Assembly (NCBI RefSeq): GCF_006345805.1
Contig: NC_042998.1
Location: forward strand, 3,844,001 to 3,908,000
Source of the DNA: Octopus sinensis
Taxonomy: Eukaryota
Direction: 5' to 3'
Length of the DNA stretch: 64,000 nucleotides
The position numbers and the translations under genes are program-made. The notes under the pieces were generated by a model. That model searched no databases. It was not told the DNA's origin and was given only the letters and a program-made list of their open reading frames with translations. Of the stretch, positions 36,401 to 49,850 are shown piece by piece. Each line of letters opens with the position of its first letter. Within the stretch, counting starts at the first letter, position 1.

Positions 36401-39400
36401 GAAGCATTATAATAATTACCATAACAATAATAGGAAGCATAATAATAAGAAAAAGCATAATAATAAAAAGAATCATAACAATAATAATAAAAAGAATCAT
36501 AAGAAGCATTATAAGAAGCATAACAATGATGAAGCATAATAATAAGTATAACAATAAGAAGCATAATAATAAGGAACATCACAATAAGAAGCATAACAAG
36601 AAAAGAAGCATAACAATAAGAAAAAGCATAAGAAAAAGCATAACAATAAAAGAAGCATAATAATAAGCATAATAAACATCACAATAAGAAGCATAAGAAG
36701 TACAATAAGATGCATAACAATGAGAAGCACAATAATAATAAACATAAGTAGCATATTAATAAGAAGCATAACATTAAGAAGCATAACAATAAGAATTATA
36801 ACAAGATGAAGCATAATAATAAGCATAACAATAAGCATGACAATAAGAAACAATAAAAAGAATAACCATAAAAAGAAGCATAACAATGAGATGAAGCATT
36901 ATAATAAGTATAACAATAAGAAGCATAAGAAAAGAGGCATCACAATAAGAAGCATAATAAGAAGCATAATAATAAGCATAACAATAAGAAGCATTATACT
37001 AATATGAAGCATAACAATAAGATGCATAATAAAAATAAGCATAATAATAATAAGTATAATAATAAGCATAATAAAAAGCATAACAAGAAGGAACACTATA
37101 AGAAGAGCATAACAAAAAGAAGCATAACAATAAGAAGCATAATAAGGAACATCACAATAAGAAGCATAACAAGAAAAGAAGCATAACAATAAGAACCATA
37201 ACAATAAGAAGCATAATAATAATAAGCATAACAATAAGAAGCATTATAATAATTACCATAACAATAATAGGAAGCATAATAATAAGAAAAAGCATAATAA
37301 AAAGAATCATAACAATAATAAAAAGAATCATAAGAAGCATTATAAGAAGCATAACAATGATGAAGCATAATAATAGTAAGTATAACAATAAGAAGCATAA
37401 CAAGAAGGAACACTATAAGAAGAGCATAACAAAAAGAAGCATAACAATAAGAAGAAGCATAATAATAATAAGCATAACAATAAGAAGCATAATAATAATA
37501 AGGAACATCACAATAAGTATAACAAGAAAAGAAGCATAACAATAAGAACCATAACAATAAGAAGCATAATAAGAAGCATAATAATAATAAGCATAACAAT
37601 AAGAAGCATAATAATAATAAGGAACATCACAATAAGAAGCATAACAAGAAAAGAAGCATAACAATAAGAACCATAACAATAAGAAGCATAACAATAAGAA
37701 AAAGCATAAGAAAAAGCATAACAATAAAAGAAGCATAATAATAAGCATAATAAACATCACAATAAGAAGCATAAGTACAATAAGATGCATAACAATGAGA
37801 AGCACAATAATAATAAACATAATAAGTAGCATATTAATAAGAAGCATAACATTAAGAAGCATAAAAAGAATAACCATAAAAAGAAGCATAACAATGAGAT
37901 GAAGCATTATAATAATAAGTATAACAATAAGAAGCATAAGAAAAGAGGCATCACAATAAGAAGCATAACCATAAGAAGCATAATAAGAAGCATAATAATA
38001 ATAAGCATCACAATAAGAAGCATAACAATAAGAAGCATTATACTAATATGAAGCATAACAATAAGATGCATAATAAAAATAAGCATAATAATAATAAGTA
38101 TAATAATAAGCATAATAAAAAGCATAAGAAGCATAACAAGAAGGAACACTATAAGAAGAGCATAACAAAAAGAAGCATAACAATAAGAAGAAGCATAATA
38201 ATAATAAGCATAACAATAAGAAGCATAATAATAAGGAACATCACAATAAGAAGCATAACAAGAAAAGAAGCATAACAGTAAGAACCATAACAATAAGAAG
38301 CATAACAATAAGAAGCATAATAATAATAAGCATAACAATAAGAAGCATAATAAGGAACATCACAATAAGAAGCATAACAAGAAAAGAAGCATAACAATAA
38401 AAGCATAATAAGAAGCATAACAATAAGAAAAAGCATAAGAAAAAGCATAACAATAAAGAAGCATAATAATAAGCATAATAAAAAGCATAATAAGAAGCAT
38501 AACAAGAAGTACAACAAGATGCATAACAATGAGAAGCACAATAATAATAAACATAATAAGTAGCATATTAATAAGAAGCATAACATTAAGAAGCATAAAA
38601 AGAATAACCATAAAAAGAAGCATAACAATGAGATGAAGCATTATAATAATAAGTATAACAATAAGAAGCATAAGAAAAGAGGCATCACAATAAGAAGCAT
38701 AACCATAAGAAGCATAATAAGAAGCATAATAATAATAAGCATCACAATAAGAAGCATAACAAGAAGCATTATACTAATATGAAGCATAATAAGATGCATA
38801 ATAAAAATAAGCATAATAATAATAAGTATAATAATAAGCATAATAAAAAGCATAATAAGAAGCATAACAAGAAGGAACACTATAAGAAGAGCATAACAAA
38901 AAGAAGCATAACAAAAAGAAGCATAACAATAAGAAGCATAACAATAAGAAGCATAATAATAATAAGCATAACAATAAGAAGCATAATAATAAGGAACATC
39001 ACAATAAGAAGCATAACAAGAAAAGAAGCATAACAGTAAGAACCATAACAATAAGAAGCATAACAATAAGAAGCATAATAATAATAAGCATAACAATAAG
39101 AAGCATAATAAGGAACATCACAATAAGAAGCATAACAAGAAAAGAAGCATAACAATAAGAACCATAATAAGAAGCATAACAATAAGAAAAAGCATAAGAA
39201 AAAGCATAACAATAAAAGAAGCATAATAATAAGCATAATAAACATCACAATAAGAAGCATAAGAAGTACAATAAGATGCATAACAATGAGAAGCACAATA
39301 ATAATAAACATAATAAGTAGCATATTAATAAGAAGCATAACATTAAGAAGCATAACAATAAGAATTATAACAAGATGAAGCATAATAATAAGCATAACAA

Positions 39401-42400
39401 TAAGAAGCATGACAATAAGAAGAAATAAAAAGAATAACCATAAAAAGAAGCATAACAATGAGATGAAGCATTATAATAATAAGTATAACAATAAGAAGCA
39501 TAACAAGAAAAGAAGCATCAGCATAAGAATCATAATAAGAAGCATAACAATAAGAAGCATAAGAAACATCACAATAAGAAGCATAACAAGAAGTACAACA
39601 AGATGCATAACAATGAGAAGAAGCACAATAATAATAAGCATAAGAAGCATAACAATAAGAAGCATAATAATATGAAGCATAACAATAAGTAGCATAACAA
39701 TAATACGAAGCTTAACACAAGAAGCATAATAAAATGTGGCATAACAATAAGAAGCATATTAATTATAAGAAGCATAATAATAATAAGCATAACAGTAAGA
39801 AGTAGCATAAAAATAAGCTTAATAATAATAATAAGAAGCATAACAAGATGCATAACAATAAGAAGATGCATGAAAATAAGCATAACAATAAGATGTGGCA
39901 TAACAATAAGAATATTAATAAGTAGCATAACAATCCGAAGCATAACAATAAGAAACATCACAATAAGAAGCATAACAAGTACAACAAGAAGATGCATAAC
40001 AATAAGAAGCATAATAAGAAGCATCATACTGAGAAGCATAATAATAATAATCATAAGATGCATAACAATAAGAATCATAACAATAAGATAAAGCATAATA
40101 ATAAAGAGCATAATAATAATAAGCATAACATTAAGAAGCATAATAATAATAAGAAGCATAACAATAAGAAGCATAATAATTATAAGAAGCATAACAAGAA
40201 GAATCATAATAATTAGAAGAAGCATAAGACGCATAATAATAATAACCATAATAATAATAAGAAGCATAACAATAAGAAGAATCATAATAAGATGCATAAC
40301 AATAAGAAGCATAAGAAGAATCATAATAATTAGAAGAAGCATAAGACGCATAATAATAATAACCATAATAATAATAAGAAGCATAACAATAAGAAGAATC
40401 ATAATAAGAAGATGCATAACAATAAGCATAACAATGAGAAGAAGCATAAAAAATAAGATGTGGCATAACAATAAGAAGAATAACAATCAGAAGAAGCATA
40501 ATAAGAAACATAATAAAAAGAATAACCATAAAAAGCATAACAATGAGATGAAGCATTATAATAATAAGTATAACAATAAGAAGCATAAGAAAAGAGGCAT
40601 CACAATAAGAAGCATAACCATAAGAAGCATAATAAGAAGCACAATAAGAAGCATAACAATAAGAAGCATTATACTAATATGAAGCATAACAATAAGATGC
40701 ATAATAAAAATAAGCATAATAATAATAAGTATAATAATAAGCATAATAAAAAGCATAATAAGAAGCATAACAAGAAGGAACACTATAAGAAGAGCATAAC
40801 AAAAAGAAGCATAACAATAAGAAGCATAACAATAAGAAGCATAACAATAAGAAGAAGCATAATAAGCATAACAATAAGAAGCATAATAATAATAAGGAAC
40901 ATCACAATAAGAAGCATAACAAGAAGAAGTACAAGTAGAAGATGCATAACAATGAGAAGCACAATAATAATAATAAACATAAAGAAACATAACAATAAGA
41001 TGAAGCGTAATAAGAAACATAATAAGAAGTAGCATAACAATAAGAAGCATAATAATAATAAGCATAACAATCAGAAAAAGCATAACAATAATACGAAGCT
41101 TAACATAATAAGAAGCATAACAATAAAAAGTGGCATAACAATAAGAAGCATATTAATAACAAGAAGCATGAAAATACGAAGAAGCATAACAATAAGAAGC
41201 ATAATAATAATAAGAACCATAATAAGCATAACAATAAGATGTGGCATAACAATAAAAAGGAGCATATTAATAAGAAGAAGCATAACAAGAAGAGGTACAA
41301 CAAGAAGAAGCATAACAATAAGAAGAATTATAACAATAAGAAGAAGCATATAAGAAGAAGCATAACATTAAGAAGAAGCATTATAAACATAAGAAGCATA
41401 ACAATAAGAAGCATAACAATTAGAATCATAACAATAAGAAGCATAATAATAAGAAGCATAACAATAAGATGAAGCGTAATAAGAAACATAACAAGAACTA
41501 GCATAATAATAAGAAGCATAATAATAATAAGAAGCATAATAAGAAACATAATAAGAAGTAGAATAACAATAATAAGAAGCTTAGCATAAGAAGCATATTA
41601 ATAACAAGATGCATGACAATAAGACGAAGCTTAACAATAAGATGCATGACAATAAGCATAACAATAAGAAGCATAATAATAAGATGTGGCATAACAATAA
41701 GAAGCATATTAATAATAAGAAGCATGATAATAAGATGCATAACTAATAGGCATAACAATAAGAAGCATAAGAATAAATGTGGCATAACAATAAGAAGCAT
41801 AATAAGAAGCATAACAATAAGCATAACAATAAGAAGAAGCATATAAATAATAAGAAGCATGGCAATAAGAAGAAGCATAACAATAAGAAGATGCATAATA
41901 ATAAGCATAACTAAGAAGAAGCATAACAATAAGATGTGGCATAACAATAGGAAGAAGCATATTAATAAGAAAAAGCATAACAATCAGAAGCATAACAATA
42001 AGAAACATCACAATAAGAAGCATAACAAGAAGAACAATAAGAATTATAACAATAAGAAGAAGCATATTAATAAGAAGCATAACATTATGAAGAAGCATAA
42101 TAATAAGAAGCATAATAAGAAGGAGCATAATAATAATAAGAAGCATAACATTAAGAAGTAGCATAACAATAAGAAGAAGCATAATAATAATAAGTATATA
42201 AGAAGCATAACAATAAGAAGGAACACTATAACAAGAGCATAGCAAAAAGCATAACAATAAGAATCATAACAATAAGAAGAAGCATAATAATAATAAGCAT
42301 AATAATAATAAGAAACATCACAATAAGAAGCATAACAAGAAGAAGAAATACAACAAGAAGAAGATGCATAACAATAAGAAGCACAATAATAATAATAAAC

Positions 42401-45400
42401 ATAAGAAGCATAACAATTAGAAGCATAACAATTAGAATCATAACAATAAGAAGAATTATAACAATAAGGAGAAGCATAACATTAAGAAGAAGCATAATAA
42501 TAAGAAGCATAACAATAAGATGAAGCGTAATAAGAAACATAATTAGAAGTAGCATAACAATAAGAAGCATAATAATAATAAGAATAATAATAAGAATCAT
42601 AAGAATAAGAAGTAGCATAACAATAATACGAAGCTTAACATAAGAAGAAGCATAACAGTAAGGAGAAGCATAACATTAAGAAGCATAAGAAGCATGACAA
42701 TAAGAAGAAGCATAACATTAAGAAGCATAATAATAATAAGAAGCATAATATTAATAAGAAGCATAACAATAAGAAGTAGCATAACAATAATAAGCTTAAT
42801 AATAATAAGAAGCATAACAATAGGAAGAAGCATAATAACAAGAAGAAGCATAACAATAAGATGTGGCATAACAATAAGAGGCATATTAATAATAAGAAGC
42901 ATGACAATAAGAAGAAGCATAACAATAAGATGCATAAGAATAAGAAGATACATGACAATAAGCATCACAATAAGAAGCATAATAAGATGTGGCATAACAA
43001 TAAGAAGCATATTAATAATAAGAAGCATGACAATAAGAAGAGGCATAACAATAAGAAGATGCATAACAATAAGAAGATGCATAACAATAAGAAGATACAT
43101 GACAATAAGCATCACAATAAGAAGCATAATAAGATGTGGCATAACAATAAGAGGCATATTAATAATAAGAAGCATGACAATAAGAAGAAGCATAACAATA
43201 AGAAGATGCATAAGAATAAGAAGATACATGACAATAAGCATCACAATAAGAAGCATAATAAGATGTGGCATAACAATAAGAGGCATATTAATAATAGGAA
43301 GCATGACAATAAGAAGAGGCATAACAATAAGAAGATGCATAGCAATAAGAAGAGGCATAGCAATAAAAAGCATAACAATAAGATGTGGCATAACAATAAG
43401 CATAACAATCAGAAAAAGCATAATAAGAAGATGCATAACAATAAGCATAACAATAAGAAGAAGCATAATAATAAATTGTGGCATAACAATAAGAAGCATA
43501 TAAATAATAAGAAGCATGACAATAAGAAGCATAACAACAAGAAACATCACAATGAGAAGAAGCATAACAAGAAGAAGTACAACAAGAAGATGCATAACAA
43601 TAAGAAGAATTATAACAATAAGAAGAAGCATATTAATAAGAAGAAGCATAACATTAAGAAGAAGCATACTAATAAGAAGCATAATAATAAACATAATAAG
43701 AAGCATAACAATAAGAAGAAGCATAACAATTAGAATCATAATAATAAGAATTATAACAATAAGAAGCATAACAATCAGAAGCATAACAATCAGAAGCATA
43801 ACAACAAGAAACATCACAATGAGAAGAAGCATAACAAGAAGAAGAAGTACAACAAGAAGAAGCATAACAATAAGTAGATGCATAACAATGAGAAGATGCA
43901 TAACAATTAGCATAACTAAGAAGAAGCATAACAATAAGATGTGGCATAACAATAAGAAGAAGCATATTAATAATAAGAGGCATAACAATCAGAAGCATAA
44001 CAACAAGAAACATCACAATGAGAAGAAGCATAACAAGAAGAAGAAGTACAACAAGAAGAAGCATAACAATAAGAAGAATTATAACAATAAGAAGAAGCAT
44101 AACAATTAGCATAACTAAGAAGAAGCATAACAATAAGATGTGGCATAACAATAAGAAGAAGCATATTAATAATAAGAAGCATAACAATCAGAAGCATAAC
44201 AACAAGAAACATCACAATGAGAAGAAGCATAACAAGAAGTACAAGAAGATGCATAACAATAAGAAGAATTAAAACAATAAGAAGAAGCATATTAATAAGA
44301 AGCATAACATTAAGAAGAAGCATAATAATAAACATAATAAGAAGCATAACAATAAGAAGAAGCATAACAATTAGAATCATAACAATAAGAATTATAACAA
44401 TAAGAAGCATATTATTAAGAAGAAGCATAATAACAAGCATAACAATAAGTAGATGCATAACAATGAGAAGATGCATAACAATTAGCATAACTAAGAAGAA
44501 GCATAACAATAAGAAGAAGCATAACAATTAGAATCATAACAATAAGAATTATAACAATAAGAAGCATATTATTAAGAAGAAGCATAATAATAAGAAGCAT
44601 AACGATCAGAAGCATAACAACAAGAAACATCACAATAAGAAGCATAACAAGAAGAAGACGTACAACAAGAAGCATAACAATAAGAAGAATTATAACAATA
44701 AGAAGAAGCATAACAATTAGCATAACTATGAAGAAGCATAACAATAAGATGTGGCATAAGAATAAGAAGAAGCATAATAATAAACATAATAAGAAGCATA
44801 ACAGTAAGAAGCATAACAATTAGAATCATAACAATAAGAATTATAACAATAAGAAGCATATTATTAAGAAGAAGCATAAGAAGAAGCATAATAATAAGCA
44901 TAACAATAAGAAGCATAACAATAAGAAGCATAATAATAAGAAGCATAACAATAAGAAGCATAATAATAAGCATAACAATAAGAAGAAGTATAATAATAAG
45001 AAGCATAACAATAAGAAGAAGCATAATAAGCAGAAGCATAATAATAAGAAGACGCATAATAATAATAACCATAATAATAATAAGAAGCATAACAATAAGA
45101 AGAATCATAACAATAATAAGAAGCATAATAATAAGAAGTATAATAATAAGAAATATAATAAGAAGCATAATAATAAGAAGAAGCATAACAATAAGAACCA
45201 TAATAACAAGAAGAAGCATAACAATAAGAACCATAATAACAAGAAGAAGCATAACAATAAGATGTGGCATAACAATAAGAAGAAGCATAACAATAAGAAG
45301 AAGCATAACAATAAGAAGCATGACAATAAGAAGAAGCATAATAATAATAAGCAAAATAATAAGCATAACAATAAGTAGAAGCATAATAATAATAAGAAGC

Positions 45401-46845
45401 ATAACAATAAGCATAATAATAAGCTTCTTATTGTTATGCTTCTTATTATGGTTATTATTATTATTATGCTTATTCTTATTGTTATGCTTCTTATTGTTAT
45501 GCTTCTTATTAATATATTTCTAATTGTTATGCTTCTTATTGTTATGCTTCTTATTAATATATTTCTAATTGTTATGCTTCTTATTATTATGGTTCTTATT
45601 GTTATGCATCTTCTTATTGTTATGCTTCTTATGCTTATTATCATTATGCTTCTTATTATGCATCTTATTATTCTTATTATTATGCTTCTTGTTATACTTA
45701 TGCTTCTTATTGTTATGCTTCTTATGCTTTTCATTATTATGCTTCTTATTATGCTGCTTATTGTTATGCATCTTATTATTGTTATGCATCTTATTATTGT
45801 TATGCTTCTTATTGTTATACTTATCATTATGCTTATTATAATTCTTTTAATTGTGCTTATTATTATTATGCTTGTTATTTTTATGCTTCTTATTATGCTT
45901 TTTCTTATTATGCTCCTTATTGTTATGCTTATTATTATGATGTTTCTTATTGTTATGCTTCTTATTATGCTTCTTATTATCATTATGCTTATTCTTATGG
46001 TTATTATTATGCTTCTTATGCTTCTTATTTTTATGCTTCCTCTTATACTTCTTATTGTTATGCTACTTCTGATTGTTATGCTTCTTATTGTTATTCTTAT
46101 TATGCTTCTTATTGTTATGCTTCTTATTATCATTATGCTTATTCTTATGGTTATTATTATGCTTCTTATTGTTATGCTTCTTATTGTTATTCTTATGCTT
46201 CTTATTGTTATGCTTCTTATTATCATTATGTTTATTCTTATGGTTATTATTATGCTTCTTATTGTTATGCTTCTTATTGTTATTCTTATTATGCTTCTTA
46301 TTTTTATGCTTCTTATTATCATTATGCTTATTCTTATGGTTATTATTATGCTTCTTATTGTTATGCTTCTTATTGTTATTCTTATTATGCTTCTTATTGT
46401 TATGCTTCTTATTATCATTATGCTTATTCTTATGGTTATTATTATGCTTCTTATTGTTATGCTTCTTATTGTTATTCTTACTATGCTTCTTATTGTTATG
46501 CTTCTTATTATCATTATGCTTATTCTTATGGTTATTATTATACTTCTTATTGTTATGCTTCTTATTGTTATTCTTATTATGCTTCTTATTGTTATGCTTC
46601 TTATTATCATTATGCTTATTCTTATGGTTATTATTATGCTTCTTATTGTTATGCTTCTTATGTTTTTTCTTATTTTTATGCTCCTTATTGTTATGCTTCT
46701 TATGCTTCTTATAGTTATTATCATTATCCTTCTACTTATTGTTTTGCTTCTTATTGTTATGGTTCTTATTGTTATGCTTATTATGCTTCCTATTGTTATG
46801 CTTCTTATTATGCTTTGTATTATTATGCTTATTCTTCTTATTATA
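33496..46845. repeat. 13.3-kb compound satellite of AAGCAT/AAT/AAC/AAG words with internal inversions and higher-order repeats
   Basis: Directly visible: the units are (AAG)AAGCAT(AAC)(AAT)n and AAGCAT(AAT)nACG. Orientation switches near 35612, 35941, 36073 and 45423. Confidence 0.97.
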
Positions 46846-47012
46846 ATGTGTTGGATGTGCTTATCTTTGTCTTGTAAAAGGTTAGCTGATTTTGTTGGAA
46901 ATACTTTGTTTTGTTTGATTTTTTTTTCATATTTCATTCAATGGAGATCCCTTCTTCACTCTGTGAAATGGGGTGGAGCAATAAATGTAGGGCCTAAGAG
47001 CACCTCACTTAC

Positions 47013-47061
47013 AGCAATAATTTCATCATAGCTTAATTTTTCCATGCTAAATTCACGCCCA
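47013..47061 (-). CDS. Candidate internal exon of an unidentified minus-strand gene
   Basis: tactttag|T GGG CGT...ATT GCT|gtaagtgag, open as GREFSMEKLSYDEIIA. A phase-compatible 77-nt intron lies upstream (GAG|gtaaga at 47138). No homology recognised. Confidence 0.3.
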
Positions 47062-47599
47062 CTAAAGTATATGAAGTGGTGGGAGGGGAAATGATTTCTC
47101 TGACTAAGAGACTGATTAATGGCAGATTTACCTCTTACCTCAAGTTAAACACGACCAACTTGACTGCCACATGTAAGCAGTGAAAATGGCAAAACTGACA
47201 AATATTGGAACAGCAATCACAACACTAACAACAATAACTATAGAAAAAACAGCAACTGTAGCAGCAACAACAACATGGCAACAGTAATAACAACAGCAGC
47301 AACAAATTGACAGTAGCAAAGCAACAATAATAATGACAAGAAGGTAAGTGGTGGGTGTGATTCCATGTGTAGAAAGTATTTTGCTGGGAATGTGGTAAAG
47401 TGAATAAAAATACTTCACATTCATTCTTATAAGAATCATGCCTAATCAGGTAGAAAAACTTGTGAAAGGAAAAGGGAAGAAAGCTAAGATGAGATTTTGG
47501 CAACAGCTGCCTGGAAAATGGTGCTGTATTACTGTGCATTGGTAAACATTTGATGCCTAAAAATAGCAACATACACCCAAGTGGAATGAGCCTTCAAAG

Positions 47600-48060
47600 A
47601 TATATGGGCAGATATTGAACATGTGACTAAAACAAGGTAGTTAGGGAGCATGGAGGTTCTCTTCTAGAGAAAAACCCTCACATTGAAGCACTCAATAGCT
47701 CTCAAACACAATAGAGAGCTTATCTTCTATCCAACATATTCAGGATGACGGACCTCTTGCCTTAAGATGAAAATATTTCTACCAGGGCTAGCCATCTTGA
47801 GGCTGTTAGCCTGTGTTGTATTGAAAGGCAGCAACACCTTCCTTGACATTAAATGAGCTGAGGAGTTTTAACTTAAGACCACACTGAAGGTCCTTCTAAT
47901 CAAACTGGATGATGTGGAGAAAAGTAACAGACTTCATTGACATGCCCAATAGATTGGAAATATGTGTTGTAGTTGAGGGTAGAAGGCCAAGATGTCACTT
48001 CTGTGGTGCAGAAAACTATAAGAACATTCTGCGCTAAACAGAAAAAGGGAAGAGGAAGCC
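47600..48060 (+). mobile_element. Degenerate LINE ORF1 (gag-like zinc knuckle) remnant
   Basis: TDFIDMPNRLEICVVVEGRRPRCHFCGAEN then, after a frameshift, IRTFC: a decayed CX2CX4HX4C knuckle preceded by the V.VEGR.P motif. Confidence 0.4.
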
Positions 48061-49203
48061 CCTGCTGCTGCCAACACCACAGCAGCAAAGAGAACATGAG
48101 CAATGGCAGCAGTACCAACAACACAAACAATTACTGTTGCTGCAGTGTCTTCAATAATGGCAGCAATATCAAACACCAGAAGCATGTCTAGTAACAACAA
48201 CAACACTAACAATAGGACCAAAACCCACAACTCAGGATAATTTCCAACCTAACTCCCTCTTTATTACTCTCCTTCACAACCCTTTTTTCAAGTACAAAGT
48301 GACATAGATACACATGAAAACACAACTCCACATATCACTGCAGTGGATCTTTTTGATATGGAAATCTTATCTTGTGAGAAAGAGAAACAACAAAAAAATT
48401 AATAATGATAATAAATAAAACCCACACCAGCATGAAAAGATGCAAATCAACCTCGAACAGAACTGATAATTTATTCGTCAATCCCAAAATGATGGAAGAT
48501 GAAGTTAAGTTTAGTAGGATTTGAACTCAGGATGCAAAGAACCTGAACAATCTTCCCAATATTCTGATTCTGCCAACTGGCTGCTGCCTTTTAATGCTTG
48601 GCTGACAGAATCAGTAAAGTCATCACCATCCAGTGTTTTAAATCTGGGTTTTGTCCCTGTTAATGAGGGTGGCCGAATCTACCTCAATGCCATAGCAACC
48701 AAGGAAGGTAGGTGCAGCCCACCCCGAACTTTGGGCTGGATGGTGCCCATTCTCCTATGCTATCATGAGGCGTTTTTGGAGCTAGATTTTCTATGGGTAG
48801 CATGCCCTTGCTTATCCCCAACTTCAATTTCTAGACATGAGTGGTCGTGAGACCAAGGCCTCTACCACGATTTTTAAGAAATGTGGTGGAAAACTAGTTC
48901 AGGAACGCAGGGACACAACTCTCTGACACCCCTTTCAGAGCCCCCATACCTACACAATACTTTCGATATTTATTTTATGTTCTGAGTTCCAGTCCTGCTG
49001 GTGGGGGTCTTTTTAATTGACTTCCAAGCTTTAAAACTTGTAGCTTTCTGTCAATTTTAAAAGTCATTAGGACAGAAAGAGAACTATATCGGCAGTTTCA
49101 TTGAAATATATGCATTGCAATATTTAGTTATGGAGCTTTACAGTCAATTCAAATCTCACAGAGATTGACTTTATTCATTATCTTTCTGGTTGAGTAAATA
49201 AAA

Positions 49204-49274
49204 TAAAATTTTCGTTGTGTCTTGCAACCTTTTCAATAGTCTTGAAAAGGTTGCAAGATGCAACGAAAATTTTA
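49204..49274 (+). other. 71-nt near-perfect hairpin (33-bp stem, 5-nt loop)
   Basis: TAAAATTTTCGTTGTGTCTTGCAACCTTTTCAA-TAGTC-TTGAAAAGGTTGCAAGATGCAACGAAAATTTTA. The only two DNA mismatches are U-G and G-U pairs in + strand RNA. Confidence 0.85.
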
Positions 49275-49594
49275 GGAAAATAAAAATAAGAAATAAGTGG
49301 AAATTTTACTGGTGAATGTGTTACATTATAAGGCACAAAAAAAATGATTTTCCCCAGACAACAGAATATGCTTTAACACACGAACTCATATAAAGAATCT
49401 TCCAAACCAAGTCTAAAAACAAAAAATAAAATAAAGTTCCAGTAAAATTTTAGGAGGAATATACATATCTGTTCCTTTCTTCATTTTTCTGACCTCTCTC
49501 TTAAAAGAGAAATTATCATTATTTTTATAATTAGTGTATTGTGGAAGGCAGTAGGCAGGTAGAGTCGTTAGCACACCTGGCAAAATGCTTTACA

Positions 49595-49850
49595 TTCATC
49601 ATCATTTAGCACCTGTCTTCCATTCTGGTATGGGTTGGACAGTTTGACTGAAAGCTAATAAGCTGCACCAGATTCCAACCTGATTTGGCATGTTTTCTAC
49701 AGCTGGATGCTCTTCCTAATGCCAACCACAGCAAGAGTGTAGTGGGTGTTTTTTACATGCCACTGGCACAGATGCCAGTTATAAAACACTGGCATCGGCC
49801 ATGATTATGATCTCACTTGGCTTGATTGGGCTACTCGAGCGTGGCATATT
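49595..49850 (-). mobile_element. RTE 3'-UTR fragment
   Basis: Reverse match to the family. Confidence 0.7.

Noticed and set aside
33399-46937. Long ORFs (up to 610 aa) in the satellite: K/H/N-rich, R/S/I/T-rich, L/I/M-rich, L/C/F-rich and Tyr-rich
   Set aside because: They arise in several frames on both strands because the repeat words are triplets. The K/H/N frame shifts repeatedly, the frameshifting variants are copied in higher-order repeats, and I found no convincing start or splice entry into that frame.
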